Shown here piece by piece: positions 10,926 through 20,903 of a DNA stretch of 26,058 bases. The notes under the pieces were generated by a model, which worked only from the letters and a program-made list of their open reading frames with translations, was not told where the DNA came from and did no database searches. Positions within the stretch are counted from its first letter, which is position 1. Every line of letters begins with the position of its first letter. Position numbers and translations under genes: made by a program. Source of the stretch: Octopus sinensis (taxonomy: Eukaryota); assembly GCF_006345805.1 (NCBI RefSeq), contig NW_021835633.1, positions 1 to 26,058 on the forward strand, read 5' to 3'.

Positions 10926-11808
10926 TGAGTTTGCGATCCCCCAATCCACTCTCTGGGGTGTGTTAAGAAGACATCTATATTTGGAATCATACAGACTACG
11001 CCTCGTTCAGGAACTTACCGATAACGACAAGAGAAAGCGGGTGGAATTTTGCGAATCAATGCTGGAGATGATTGAAAATTCATTTCACATTTAATTTTCA
11101 GTGATGAAGCGACTTTTCACTTGAGTGACACAATCAATCGTCACAATGTGCGTATTTGGGGAACAGAGTGCCCGCGTGCAACAGTTGAGGATGAAAGAGA
11201 TTCCCCAAAGGTGAACATTTTTGTGCTGTCTCAGGACAAGGTTTATGATCCCTTTTTTTCTTTGAAGGAAACACTGTTACAGGACAAACCTATCTCGATA
11301 TGCTCCAAAACTGTCTCTTCACTTCACTGCAAGATGGAGCACTTCAACAAGATGGAGCACCGCCCCATTGGCAACTGATGGGTCGAACTTTTTTAAATTA
11401 AAAAGCGCCCAAGCGATAGATTGGTCAGAAAGAATCCCAAGACCTTGCTCTTTTTGCTTGGCCTGCGAGATCCGCAGACCTCACCATGTGTGATTTTTTC
11501 TTGTGGGGATATGTAAAAGATCGCGTTTATGTTCCATCGCTACCCACTGACCTCGATGAACATAAACATCGAATAACAACAGCGATCAACTCAGTGGATC
11601 ATGATATGCTGATACGCGTCTGGGAGGAATTCTCTTCTAGGATTGATGTTGTCTTTGCGGTAGGTGGTGGCCACAATCAACACTTGTAAGACAGGAAATA
11701 AAAATTGATTGTGAGTAAATACTTGTGACTTCGCGGGAGTTTTTCTGTTGCTTTTCCTTATAAAAATATTGCGTAATGAATCGGTTCATACTTTTTGAAT
11801 AACTCTTT
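10923..11808 (+). mobile_element. 5'-truncated Tc1/mariner element of rosa/DD41D type; transposase pseudogene with DD46D spacing
   Basis: Frameshifted translation gives ...LIFSDEATFHLSDTINRHNVRIWG...QQDGAPPHW...WPARSADLTMCDFFLWGYVKDRVY...GGGHNQHL*. Catalytic Asp codons are at 11103, 11351 and 11492, with in-frame stops at 11399 and 11417. A degenerate terminal-like TTTTTGAATAACTCT lies at about 11792-11806. Confidence 0.92.
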
Positions 11809-11869
11809 GTGTGTGTGTGTGTATATATATATATATACATATATATATGAGAAGTATTGGTATCTAGAA

Positions 11870-12262
11870 GACCCCAGGTGGCAGGTAAGTCTATGTAAGT
11901 GCTACGGGAGGGCAGTAGTTAGACTCTCGGTTCGATAATAATACGAGCGAGGAGTCTAATGCGGGTCTTGTGTGAGCATGTAATAGCAAAATATGAATTC
12001 TCATCGGAATCTGCAAAACATAGACAAGAAGCCTTTCTACTCATTCTCAACACCACTTCCTCGTATAATTCTAACATCCCACATATATTTTTACTTTTAT
12101 TTTTATTCTCTTATTTCCCATTATACTTCCTATATCCATCCTTTTCCAAAATAACTCCCTATATTGAACTCTACTATTTCCCTCCATTCAACTCTCTCGT
12201 ATTGTCTCTGATGAAGGGATATCCCTAATATCCCAGAAACAACTGTATCTCATTTTATTTAA
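11870..12262 (+). mobile_element. Probable 3' remnant of a Penelope-like retroelement (GIY-YIG relic plus 3' UTR)
   Basis: Degenerate peptides VYVSATG (11889-11909) and VLCEHVIAK...RQEAFL..LN resemble GIY-YIG motifs. A pyrimidine-rich 3' region follows and ends in a CTGATGA...GAAAC core. Confidence 0.45.
12201..12251 (+). ncRNA. Degenerate minimal type I hammerhead ribozyme motif
   Basis: CTGATGA (12208-12214), stem II GGGATA/TATCCC (12216-12221/12229-12234), GAAA (12236-12239), short stem III AC-AACT-GT and a GTA triplet. The 3' strand of stem I does not pair. Confidence 0.35.
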
Positions 12263-12264
12263 CA

Positions 12265-12391
12265 CACAAAGAAAAATGGCGCAATTTGGCTAAATAGTAC
12301 CAACTATAAGTACGCATGCGCAGAAGGCAGTGCGACAATAACAAAGATATGTAATGGCGACAGTGCGGATAATTTTTGACTTTCCCTCGTA
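12265..12391 (-). mobile_element. Terminal fragment of a mariner-type element
   Basis: The minus strand begins TA-CGAGGGAAAGTCAAAAATTATCCGCA, typical of Tc1/mariner TIR starts; a second, inverted TIR-like copy lies at 12603-12626. Confidence 0.55.
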
Positions 12392-12515
12392 CATATATAT
12401 ATACATGTATGTATGTATGTATGTATGTATGTATGTATGTATGTACAATTACATATGTACATTTATATATGTATATATATATGCATATAAATATATGCAT
12501 ATATATATGTGTATA

Positions 12516-12561
<46 letters not shown>

Positions 12562-12660
12562 GCATATATATATGTATGTGTATATATGTATTTATATACA
12601 TATACGAGGAGAAGCCAAAAATTATTACATACATACGTACATACGTACATACATGCATTC
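12392..12660. repeat. (TATG)n/(TA)n/(CATA)n microsatellite
   Basis: Seen directly. Confidence 0.9.
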
Positions 12661-12894
12661 CTATTCGTATGTGGGTATAGGCCTTAGTATGTGTTGAAGA
12701 GATCTCCTTCGCAACTCCGGAGTTATGGATTCTGTTCTTCGGCAAGGCAATTTATGCAAGAGTCCTTTATTAAAGTCCCTCTCAGGGCATACGTCACTGA
12801 GTTAATTTATTAAACGGCAACTATGCAGAAGCCGGCTGTGCGTGTTTTCGTGTGCGTGAGTGTTTATCTTTCGCCGTTTTACAACCATTTTTTT

Positions 12895-13050
12895 TTATTG
12901 TTTGCACTCCCCAACCTCGCGGTTCGACAGTGGAATTTCGAATAACTACCGAATGTACTTAAGACGATTTGATTGTCTGAACTCTGTTGGGACTGTGTTC
13001 CAGCATGGTCACAGTCCAATGCCAGCAACCAGTGTAAGAATAAAAGTATA
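12895..13050 (+). mobile_element. Old 3' half of a family A SINE
   Basis: CCAGCATGGTCACAGTCCAATG...GTAAGAATAAAAG and GCGGTTCGACA align with 15290-15420. Confidence 0.65.
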
Positions 13051-13339
13051 CCTATGTGATTTAGAAAAGCGTTGTTCACGGACGTCCCTTGCAAATACTC
13101 CGTTCATCTAATGCCATCAAAAGCGAAGGTAAATCGCCAGACCACGAGAGCACACCACTCCGCACAGTGTTCAAAGAGCCAGCTGGATATTTAGGCCTAC
13201 AAGCTAGCAGAAATGTATAGGACTCAAAGGTACGCTGAGGCGTTCATCTCGTCTTGGAACGGTTGCGAATTCGAAAAATTTGGAAATTAGAGGTCAGGTG
13301 TATACTTTGAAGCAAACTATGTTGTTAATTCGAACGTAG

Positions 13340-13515
13340 TTGCGGAGCCTGAAAGTTAAGAGAGGGTATTAGTCAATATCATTGCTCCCTGTACTGGATT
13401 TGTACTTTATTTTATCGACACCAAAATGATGAAATGAAAGGTTAACATCGCTGCGGTTTGAACTTACAAGTTAAATAAACGAAACAATCATTGCAAGGCA
13501 TTTTCCCGACGTTCC
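13340..13515 (-). mobile_element. Decayed family B SINE
   Basis: TTTATCGACACC...ATGAAAGGTTAAC...GGTTTGAACT resembles the other minus-strand copies. Confidence 0.55.
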
Positions 13516-13565
13516 AAAGACTCTTGCAATACAGCACCAATACTTAGTGTTGTTGTAGTTGTTCT

Positions 13566-13790
13566 TAAGGTAGCTAGCTGACAGAATCGTAAGCGCGTCG
13601 AACAAAATGCTTTACAGCACTTCTTCCAGCTCTTTACTCTTTCAGTGCAAATTCCGTGGGAGTCAACTTTCCGCTTTTCGGCATCGATAAAATAAAGCAC
13701 GAGTCAAGTGTAAGAGTCAATAAAATCGAGTTGCCCCTCCCCTCATATTCCTTACCTTGAGCCAAAATCAGAAATAAAATATTGTTGTTA
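13566..13790 (+). mobile_element. Decayed family B SINE, head-to-head with the previous copy
   Basis: GCTGACAGAATCGTAAGCGCGTCG...GCAAATTCCG...ATCGATAAAATAAAG aligns with 10718-10925. Confidence 0.65.
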
Positions 13791-13794
13791 GCCT

Positions 13795-14020
13795 AGTCAT
13801 TGTTGTTATTGTTGTTGTCATTATTTAGCCCACGGTAAGCCTACATCAAAAGCAATCAAATAATGACCATCGAGTGATATCGTTAACTTTATTTGATTTC
13901 CAGATTACAGCGGTCAAATTTAGAAGTCACCATTATTCTAAGGCAATAAGGTGGTTCTTGCAGGATGTTTAGCTGTTATTTCTTACAGACTGCGCGACTG
14001 CGTCGAGGCTCTCCAGTTGG
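13795..14020. mobile_element. Family D repeat after a (GTT)n run
   Basis: TTTAGCCCACGGTAAGCC... ending in TTTAGCTGTTATTTCT...GCGACTGCGTCGAGGCTCTCC; same layout as 2395-2700. Confidence 0.5.
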
Positions 14021-14184
14021 CCCGAAGTAACCAATATCATAAGTGTGATGGCGGTGGGATGTAAATCTCTGTTGACTCTAATAATTGATCTGTTTGGATT
14101 CAGCAAATCACCAGAGACGTATTCCTGAGAGCCCTGGCATCTTCATCTTCATCGTGTGTGTGCAAATGTCTGTGTTTATAAAAA

Positions 14185-14193
14185 TATATAAGC

Positions 14194-14248
<55 letters not shown>

Positions 14249-14350
14249 GTATATACATATATGCATGTATGTATGTATATTGACAGTCATACACATAAAC
14301 GCATACCCGTACACGCACAAACAAACACACATGAATATATACATGTATGA
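14185..14350. repeat. (TA)n/(TATG)n microsatellite
   Basis: Seen directly. Confidence 0.9.
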
Positions 14351-14774
14351 TTTATGTGAATTAGATCGTACATATTACAATCTCTTGACTGGGATTAGTG
14401 ATATATATGTAACATGGAGAGAGTGTAGATGAACAAGGGGAGAAATAAAGGGGGAGGGAAGAAGGGAGAGAAACAGCATTTCATGTCTTTTAAAGAGTGG
14501 TTTACTGCAAGAACTCTTTTGTACTGAAGCAATAAAAAAGCCAATGATCCAATGAGATTTAAATATTGTCAAACAAGAAACCGCCAAGAACACTGAAAGT
14601 CAGCAATGTTCTGTGTATTAAAGGAATTCGAATGGCCACATGACAGTTGCTGACTTCACAAGCAGGGCTCATAAAGACGGTTATTCGGTTTCCGGGGCGT
14701 TTGGGTAACCGAGATCACAAAATAACCCTGAGCGAGACGCCGCTGGCCCGTTGGAAGAGTTGAAGCCCAACACA

Positions 14775-14948
14775 GAGGACGAGGCAATTACTTCGACGCA
14801 ACCCCGCCGCTTATGTGATGCTTTATCGTGCTCCAAGGATGAAAGGCAATGTTGACCTCTGCAGGGTTTGAACTCAGGACATAAACCCCGAGAAAAAATA
14901 CTGCTAAGCATTTTGTTCAATGTTTTGTGGATTCTGCCAGTTCGTCAT
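14775..14948 (-). mobile_element. Family B SINE, head-to-head with the family A copy at 14963
   Basis: GGATGAAAGGCAATGTTGACC, GGTTTGAACTCAG, CTGCTAAGCATTTTG and GATTCTGCCAGTTCG. Confidence 0.75.
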
Positions 14949-14962
14949 ACTTTACATACATA

Positions 14963-15133
14963 GGCGCAGGAGTGGCTTTGTGGTAAGTAGCTTGCTAACC
15001 AACCACATGGTTCCGGGTTCAGTCCCACTGCGTGGAAACTTGGGCAAGTGTCTTCTACTATAGCCCCGGGCCGACCAATGCCTTGTGAGTGGATTTGGTA
15101 GACGGAAACTGAAAGAAACCTGTCGTATATATG

Positions 15134-15211
<78 letters not shown>

Positions 15212-15430
15212 ATGTGTTTGTGTGTCTGTGTTTGTATCCCTAGCATTGCTTGACAACCGATGCTGGTGTGTTTACGCCCCTGTCACTTAGCGGTTCAGCA
15301 AAAGAGACCGATAGCATAAGTACTGGGCTTACAAAGAATAAGTCCCGGGGCCGATTTGCTCGACTAAAGGCGGTGCTCCAGCATGGCCGCAGTCAAATGA
15401 CTGAAACAAGTAAAAGAGAAAGAGAAAGAG
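14963..15430 (+). mobile_element. Full-length tRNA-derived SINE, family A (CORE-SINE-like; possibly an octopus OR/OK-type family)
   Basis: A box TGGCTTTGTGG (14973-14983), B box GGTTCAGTCCC (15016-15026), CORE-like ACTTGGGCAAGTGTCTT, internal (TA)n(TG)n and a (GAAAGA)n tail; many homologues in the window. Confidence 0.92.
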
Positions 15431-15513
15431 ATACACACGCACTCACACACAGTTACACACACATGCACACACACACACACACACATACACACAGACACAC
15501 CCATATATATATA

Positions 15514-15566
15514 TTTGTTCTTTTACATGTTTCAGTCATTTAACCGCGGCCATGCTGGAGAACCGC
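15514..15566 (-). mobile_element. Short 3'-end fragment of a family A SINE
   Basis: The reverse complement of 15519-15566 matches 15370-15417 at 44/48 positions. Confidence 0.85.
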
Positions 15567-15580
15567 TCTGCAAGTGTAAG

Positions 15581-15657
15581 ATGCTTACAGCACCTAAGTT
15601 CTCCAAGCGGTCGACGTTGCTTAACTTCATTGATCGGACGAGATCAATGATATGGCC
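15581..15657 (-). pseudogene. Internally deleted 5S rRNA pseudogene / 5S-derived fragment
   Basis: The minus strand GGCCATA..TCTCGTCCGATCA..GAAGTTAAGCAACGTCG-GACCGCTTGG.GAA....AGGTGCTGTAAGC aligns collinearly with invertebrate 5S rRNA as recalled, with two deletions. Confidence 0.8.
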
Positions 15658-15777
15658 AAGTAAAGCAATAAATGATAGTGCGTAAATATTGAGTCAAAAA
15701 TCGCTTTGGACAGGTTAATTCGAAGGCTGCACCAGGTGGTACACGAACCCAGACTTCCTGTTGATGATACGCATTCA

Positions 15778-16118
15778 ACAAGTTTCAGTCATTAGAGCAC
15801 GGCCATGTGGGGGGGGGGGGCACCACCGAGTAGAATTTTGTTTTAGTGATTCGACCCGAGTACTTCTTTTTTTTAAGGCTAGTACATATCCTGCCGGTCA
15901 CGTAAACACACCAACACCGGTTGTCAAGCAGTGGTGGAGAACAAACATTTAAATTTACATACGATGGGCTTTTTTTCAGTTTCCGTCTACCAAATCCACT
16001 CAGAAGGTTTTGGTTTCCTGAGGCTACAGTAGGAGACACTTGCTCAAAGTGCCGTGCAATGGGATTAAAAGCCTAACCATGTGGTTGGAAAGCAAGCACC
16101 TTATCACACAGCCACATC
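15778..16118 (-). mobile_element. Family A SINE with a poly-G expansion near its 3' end
   Basis: TTTCAGTTTCCGTCTACCAAATCCACTCA, ACACTTGCTCAAAGTGCC, CCATGTGGTTGGAAAGCAAGC. Confidence 0.85.
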
Positions 16119-16119
<1 letters not shown>

Positions 16120-16179
<60 letters not shown>

Positions 16180-16180
16180 G
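16120..16180. repeat. (TA)n microsatellite
   Basis: Seen directly. Confidence 0.95.
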
Positions 16181-16644
16181 TATATCAATAAAAAACGTAC
16201 AGTGAACTTGTCATAAGTGTGGTAATCCTAACGTTTCACACGGTGTTTTTCTGCAGGGAAAAGTTGAAAGGAGAGAAATTGAGAGAGAGCAGAGTATTAC
16301 ATCTTCGAATTTAAAAACAAACAAATTCATAAATGGCTGCATCTTAGAAATTGTAAAACACAACTGTTCGTTATTTCTCTCATTCGAATGTTTTGCCGAA
16401 GAAAATTTTTTTTCCGAAACGTTGCAATTTTTACTCCCCACGGCAACTTCAATATACACTCTTTATGGATTTTATCACATGTCATGGTGACACAAACAAA
16501 AGCCATTCCCTTTGGCATCTGTTTGATTGGATGAATATGTGTGTGTGTGTGTGTGTGTTTGCTTGCACAGAAGGAGATATATACTACCAAAATATGACCT
16601 TTTTGAACTTCTAATTTTCTCTGCATATATGATTTTTGATTTTT

Positions 16645-16683
16645 CCAGTTTCAGCTCATGAGCTGTGGCCATGCTGGGGCACC
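16645..16683 (-). mobile_element. Very short 3' fragment of a family A-type SINE
   Basis: GTTTCAGCTCATGAGCTGTGGCCATGCTGGGGCACC resembles the family A 3' end. Confidence 0.6.
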
Positions 16684-16711
16684 ATAGATATTTCCAAACA
16701 AACATGATTTT

Positions 16712-17050
16712 TAATATTTTTTATGAACTTTTTAATAATTTCTCAAGATTTTTTCTGTAAACTGTTTTTAACATGTTCTTATTATTATCAAGTAATGTAT
16801 ATATATGTATTGTAATATTTAGTGCCTAATATTTTAATGAACTTTTTAATAATTTCTCAAGATTTTTTCTGTAATCTGTTTTTAACATTTTCTTATTATT
16901 ATCAAGTAATGTATATATGTATTGTAATATTTTGTGCCTAATATTTTAATGAACTTTTTAATATTTTCCCAAGATTTTTTCCCTGTAAACTGTTCTTAAC
17001 ATTTTCTTATTATTATCAAAGAATGTATATATGTATTGTAATATTTTGTG
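16712..17050. repeat. AT-rich minisatellite, 3 copies of 112-114 bp
   Basis: ATGAACTTTTTAATA starts at 16723, 16837 and 16949. Confidence 0.95.
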
Positions 17051-17209
17051 ACAACCAGTACTTAACGCAACAAAGCTTTTACATTTTACTTTTGACAATC
17101 TTTTTCTAAAATAGTGAAACCGGTCAAGTGAATAAACATCTTTAAAATTGCATTTTCAAACCTTCTTTCATATATATATTTCACTCGTGCAGTATCTTAC
17201 AACTTACTT

Positions 17210-17214
<5 letters not shown>

Positions 17215-17283
<69 letters not shown>

Positions 17284-17592
17284 ATATATATATATATATC
17301 CATACTGTTTTTCGGTTAATTTTAATATTTTTTGCTATGTCTGTATTACATTTGGCTATTTTGTGGAGGGTTATGATTGTAATTCGGTCCGTAGTCATTA
17401 TCTAATTTATAAATATGAATTTATTTAGTCTGAAAAAAAAGATAAGACACACTAAGATTTTATGATGATTTATAATGTTCATATCTTATCATATTTATTG
17501 ATAGTTATTAAAGCACGAAACGTCGGTTGCCTTAATTTCGGTACACCCTTTATATGTATGTGTATGCATATACATACGTACATACATACATA

Positions 17593-17643
<51 letters not shown>

Positions 17644-17690
17644 GTGTGTGCGTGTGTAACATATATGCATATATATATATATATATATAT
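17215..17690. repeat. (TA)n and (CA)n/(CATA)n microsatellites around an AT-rich spacer
   Basis: Seen directly (17215-17300; 17555-17690). Confidence 0.85.
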
Positions 17691-18030
17691 GTTCGTCTTT
17701 AGTCGAACAAATTGACTCCAGGACTTATTCTTCGTGAGCCTAGTACTTATTCTATCGGTCTTTTTTGCCGAACGTCTATGTTACGGGTACATAAACACAC
17801 CAACATCGGTTGTCAAGAGACACTGTGGGGACAAATACATGCACAAAGATATATACACATATATATGACGGGCTTCTTTCAGTTTCCGTCTATCAAATCC
17901 TCTCACAAGGCTGTGGTCGGCCCGAAACTATAGTAGAATACACTTGCTCAAGGTGCCGCGCAGTGGGACTGAACCCGGAACCATGAAGTTGGGAAGCAAA
18001 TTTATTACCACGCAGCCACTTCTATGCCTA
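17691..18030 (-). mobile_element. Family A SINE
   Basis: GACGGGCTTCTTTCAGTTTCCGTCTA, CTTGCTCAAGGTGCCGCGCAGTGGGACTGAACCCGGAACCATG. Confidence 0.9.
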
Positions 18031-18199
18031 TATATATATATCTGAAGATTTATATACACACACATTCAAACATACATCCATAATCCATGCATAGATATAT
18101 ACATATATACACACACTCATACACACACATATATCGCATGATCTTTGTTGTTATTATTATTGAAGATCTCCCACCGTATTCAATATTGTGAAGTGTTTG

Positions 18200-18325
18200 C
18201 TTTGTGTTTAAATCCGGCTTTTATCCGTTGCAGTCTGAGAACCTAAGCCCCATTTGCCCAGTGGTATCGATCTATTCACTTCCTCTTCTAAAGATTACTG
18301 GCCTTGTGCCCTTAGTTGAATTCAT
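18200..18325 (+). mobile_element. Decayed family B SINE 3' part
   Basis: ACTGGCCTTGTGCC and GTATCGATCTATTCAC resemble 10870-10916. Confidence 0.45.
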
Positions 18326-18499
18326 TATTATTATTTGATAGAAAGAGCGATTGATTTGAAAGTTTCACTTAGGTTCTGAATGAAGTCTGTTAGATTCATT
18401 TTTAAATAAATTGACATCGAAATTTAATAAATTATTTCATTTCAATAAAACTAAACTTTGATACATTTTTTAAATGGGTAAAGGTTATTAATAAAGAAT

Positions 18500-18790
18500 T
18501 TTCAGTGGCATTACACACACACACACACACGCACACACATGCATAGATATATACATACACTGAGACACACACACGTACACATAGAGCACATTTCTTAGTT
18601 ACATTCAACCAGGACAGACTCAGGGCTAAAACACAACCACAAACACACACAACAGCTACCCCACACACATGTGTGTGAGTAAATGCATATACACATACAT
18701 ACGCACGCACGCACACACACACACAAAAACACACACACACACACAAACACACACGCACACGCATGCACACGCATGCACACACACACACAT
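18500..18790. repeat. (CA)n-rich compound microsatellite
   Basis: Seen directly. Confidence 0.9.
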
Positions 18791-18799
18791 GTTCATATA

Positions 18800-20030
18800 T
18801 TAGGTTGGAAAGAAACCCTTTCGCATCTTTTGGGATTCCCATTTTCACGGTCCTTTTTCAATACTTACGATAAACAAAGCTTTAATTTTAACATTCTCAT
18901 CCTATTTTCATTCATTCCATAATGGTTAAATTTATATCGATTTTCTTCCAATTTAAAACAAGCTTTGATTAGATCCACATCAAAGACTGCATGTTGCATG
19001 GATTCAAAAAGGTCTCTCCAGAAATCAATGTGGAAAGAAATACTTTTATCTGTCTATTGAAATGAAGAACAACGTTTGGCGCCAGTTTGTCTGGGAATTT
19101 TTTTTCTTTCGCAGATTTTCCTGGAGGTGAACGACCAAGTTTTGGTAAAGTTGGGGTTCTGAAAACGAGAATTTTCAAAACATCTTCATGAACAAGAAAA
19201 ACAATCTAAGCTTTTCTAGTGAATTCCACATCATCTGATTACTTCTCAGCTTAATCAGAGAACCGAACTTTCACTGGGTAAAATCTTCACAAATGATGAA
19301 AGTTGGGTTCCTTTTAATTATATGGAACGAAAACGAAGTTGCAGGGCACTCACGGAACAAGGAGAATATATCCTCAAACCAGGACAACACCCGAACAAAT
19401 TTATGCCCTCTGTTAGTAAGATAAGAGGAATGTCGTCTACTATGAAGTGTTACTGGCCCTCCGCCGTTTGCGACGACGGACGTCCCACTTGATCCGATCG
19501 ACGGAACAGACTGCTCGAGAAATTAACTTTAAAGTGGCTGAGTACTCCGCAGACAAGTGTAACCTTAACGTAGTTTTCAGGGAAATTCAGCGTGACACAG
19601 AATGTGACATGGTTGGCCCTTTGAGTTATAGGTACAACTCATGTTTACCAGTTGAGTGGACTGGAGCAACGTGAAATATAGTGTTTAGCCTAATGACACA
19701 ATCCGATGCTGGTTTTCGAACTCATGAGCTTACGATCTCGAGCCGAACACGCTAACTGCTAAGCCATGTGCCTCCATGAAGTGTTAAACCCCTATGAAAC
19801 AGCAAACACGAAGCAGTTTTGTCGTCAGTTAGAAGAACCTGACAAATATGTCGTGCATGGGGTCATTCAGTTGTAAAAGGATTCTGGCGTTGTACGATTG
19901 GGCAAGGCAACATGTTGCCCCCAAGTTACTAGGGAAGCGATTAGGGCGCGAACTATGAAAGCCTTGCCTCGTCTTCCTTACTCTCCGGATCTTGCTTCAA
20001 CTGACTTGTTTCCAGATCATTACAACATTA
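18800..20030 (+). mobile_element. Decayed mariner (DD34D) element with 5' TIR, interrupted by a SINE
   Basis: TA (18798-18799) followed by TTAGGTTGG, a mariner-type TIR start. Peptide relics: SGNF.SFADFPGGERP, FTNDESWVPFNYMERKRS, VYYEVLNPYETANTKQFCRQL, LYDWARQHVA, LPRLPYSPDLASTD. A weaker 3' remnant may extend to about 20313. Confidence 0.85.
19453..19775 (-). mobile_element. tRNA-derived SINE sharing its 3' domain with family C, flanked by an 11-bp target-site duplication
   Basis: TSD ATGAAGTGTTA at 19442-19452 and 19776-19786; 19458-19638 aligns with 4168-4348. Confidence 0.92.
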
Positions 20031-20639
20031 TTCAGAAGGAAGACACTTCATTGCATGAGCGGCGGGTGTGTGCGCGTGCGTGCTTGTGTGTGTGTATCTG
20101 CGCGCGCACCTGTGTTCATGTATGTGTATGTGTGTTTGCTTGCACGTGTGGATGTATGTGTGCGCTTGAGTATCCTGGTATGTCAATGAATATAACGTAT
20201 ATATATGCTGGAAGCTGCTGCTTTTGTCGCCCAAAGAATCTCAAAGAGCGCCGAGGTGTCCCGGAGTGAATCATCAGCTTCAGTGGAATAAAATAGATTC
20301 TCTGTCAGTCTAACATCTGTTGAGCGCTCTCACGTTTGGGCTGTGCAGTGAAACTTTTAATACGCGCGCGTGTGTGTGCGTGCGTAAGCGAGCGTGTGCC
20401 AGTGTGAAGATATAAGATAGATATCACTGTGCTACATGAGCTGAGACATATTTGCGGTGTTTAGAATGCAAAGTTTAAAATTTCAAAGTTCTCCAGACTC
20501 AAAAGACATTCGAACATTTGCGGAAAAGAGCACATCTAACAAAAGAGATCAAGCACTGAATAGGAGCAGACTAATCCCGCTTTCTCTCTCTTTCTCTCTC
20601 TCTTTGTCTCTCTCTCCTTCTCTCTTTGTATATATATAT

Positions 20640-20903
20640 AAGTTACAGAGACGTAAACAATCGAACACTGGTTGTCAAGCAGTGGTGGAGGACGAACACC
20701 ACACACACACACACACACTCACACACACACACATATATAAGGTGGATTTCTTTCAATTTCCGTCTACCAAATCCACTCACAAGGCTCTAATCGGTCCGAA
20801 GTTATAGTAGAAGACACTTGACCAAGGTGCCACTCAGCGGGACTGAACCTGGAATCATGTGGTTAGGAAGCAAGCTTGTTACCACGCAGCCACTCATGCG
20901 CCT
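20640..20903 (-). mobile_element. Family A SINE (3'-truncated)
   Basis: TTTCCGTCTACCAAATCCACTCACAAGGC, ACACTTGACCAAGGTGCC, ACCACGCAGCCACTCATGCGCCT. Confidence 0.9.

Noticed and set aside
11882-11890. Perfect splice donor CAG|GTAAGT
   Set aside because: No credible upstream acceptor or exon; it lies within the Penelope-like relic.
13064-13135. Possible small exon ending AAG|GTAAAT
   Set aside because: Weak acceptor and no supporting peptide similarity.
17515-17556. CGGTTGCCTTAATTTCGGTACACCCTTTATA resembles a Tc1-type right end
   Set aside because: No matching left TIR or transposase relic found in the window.
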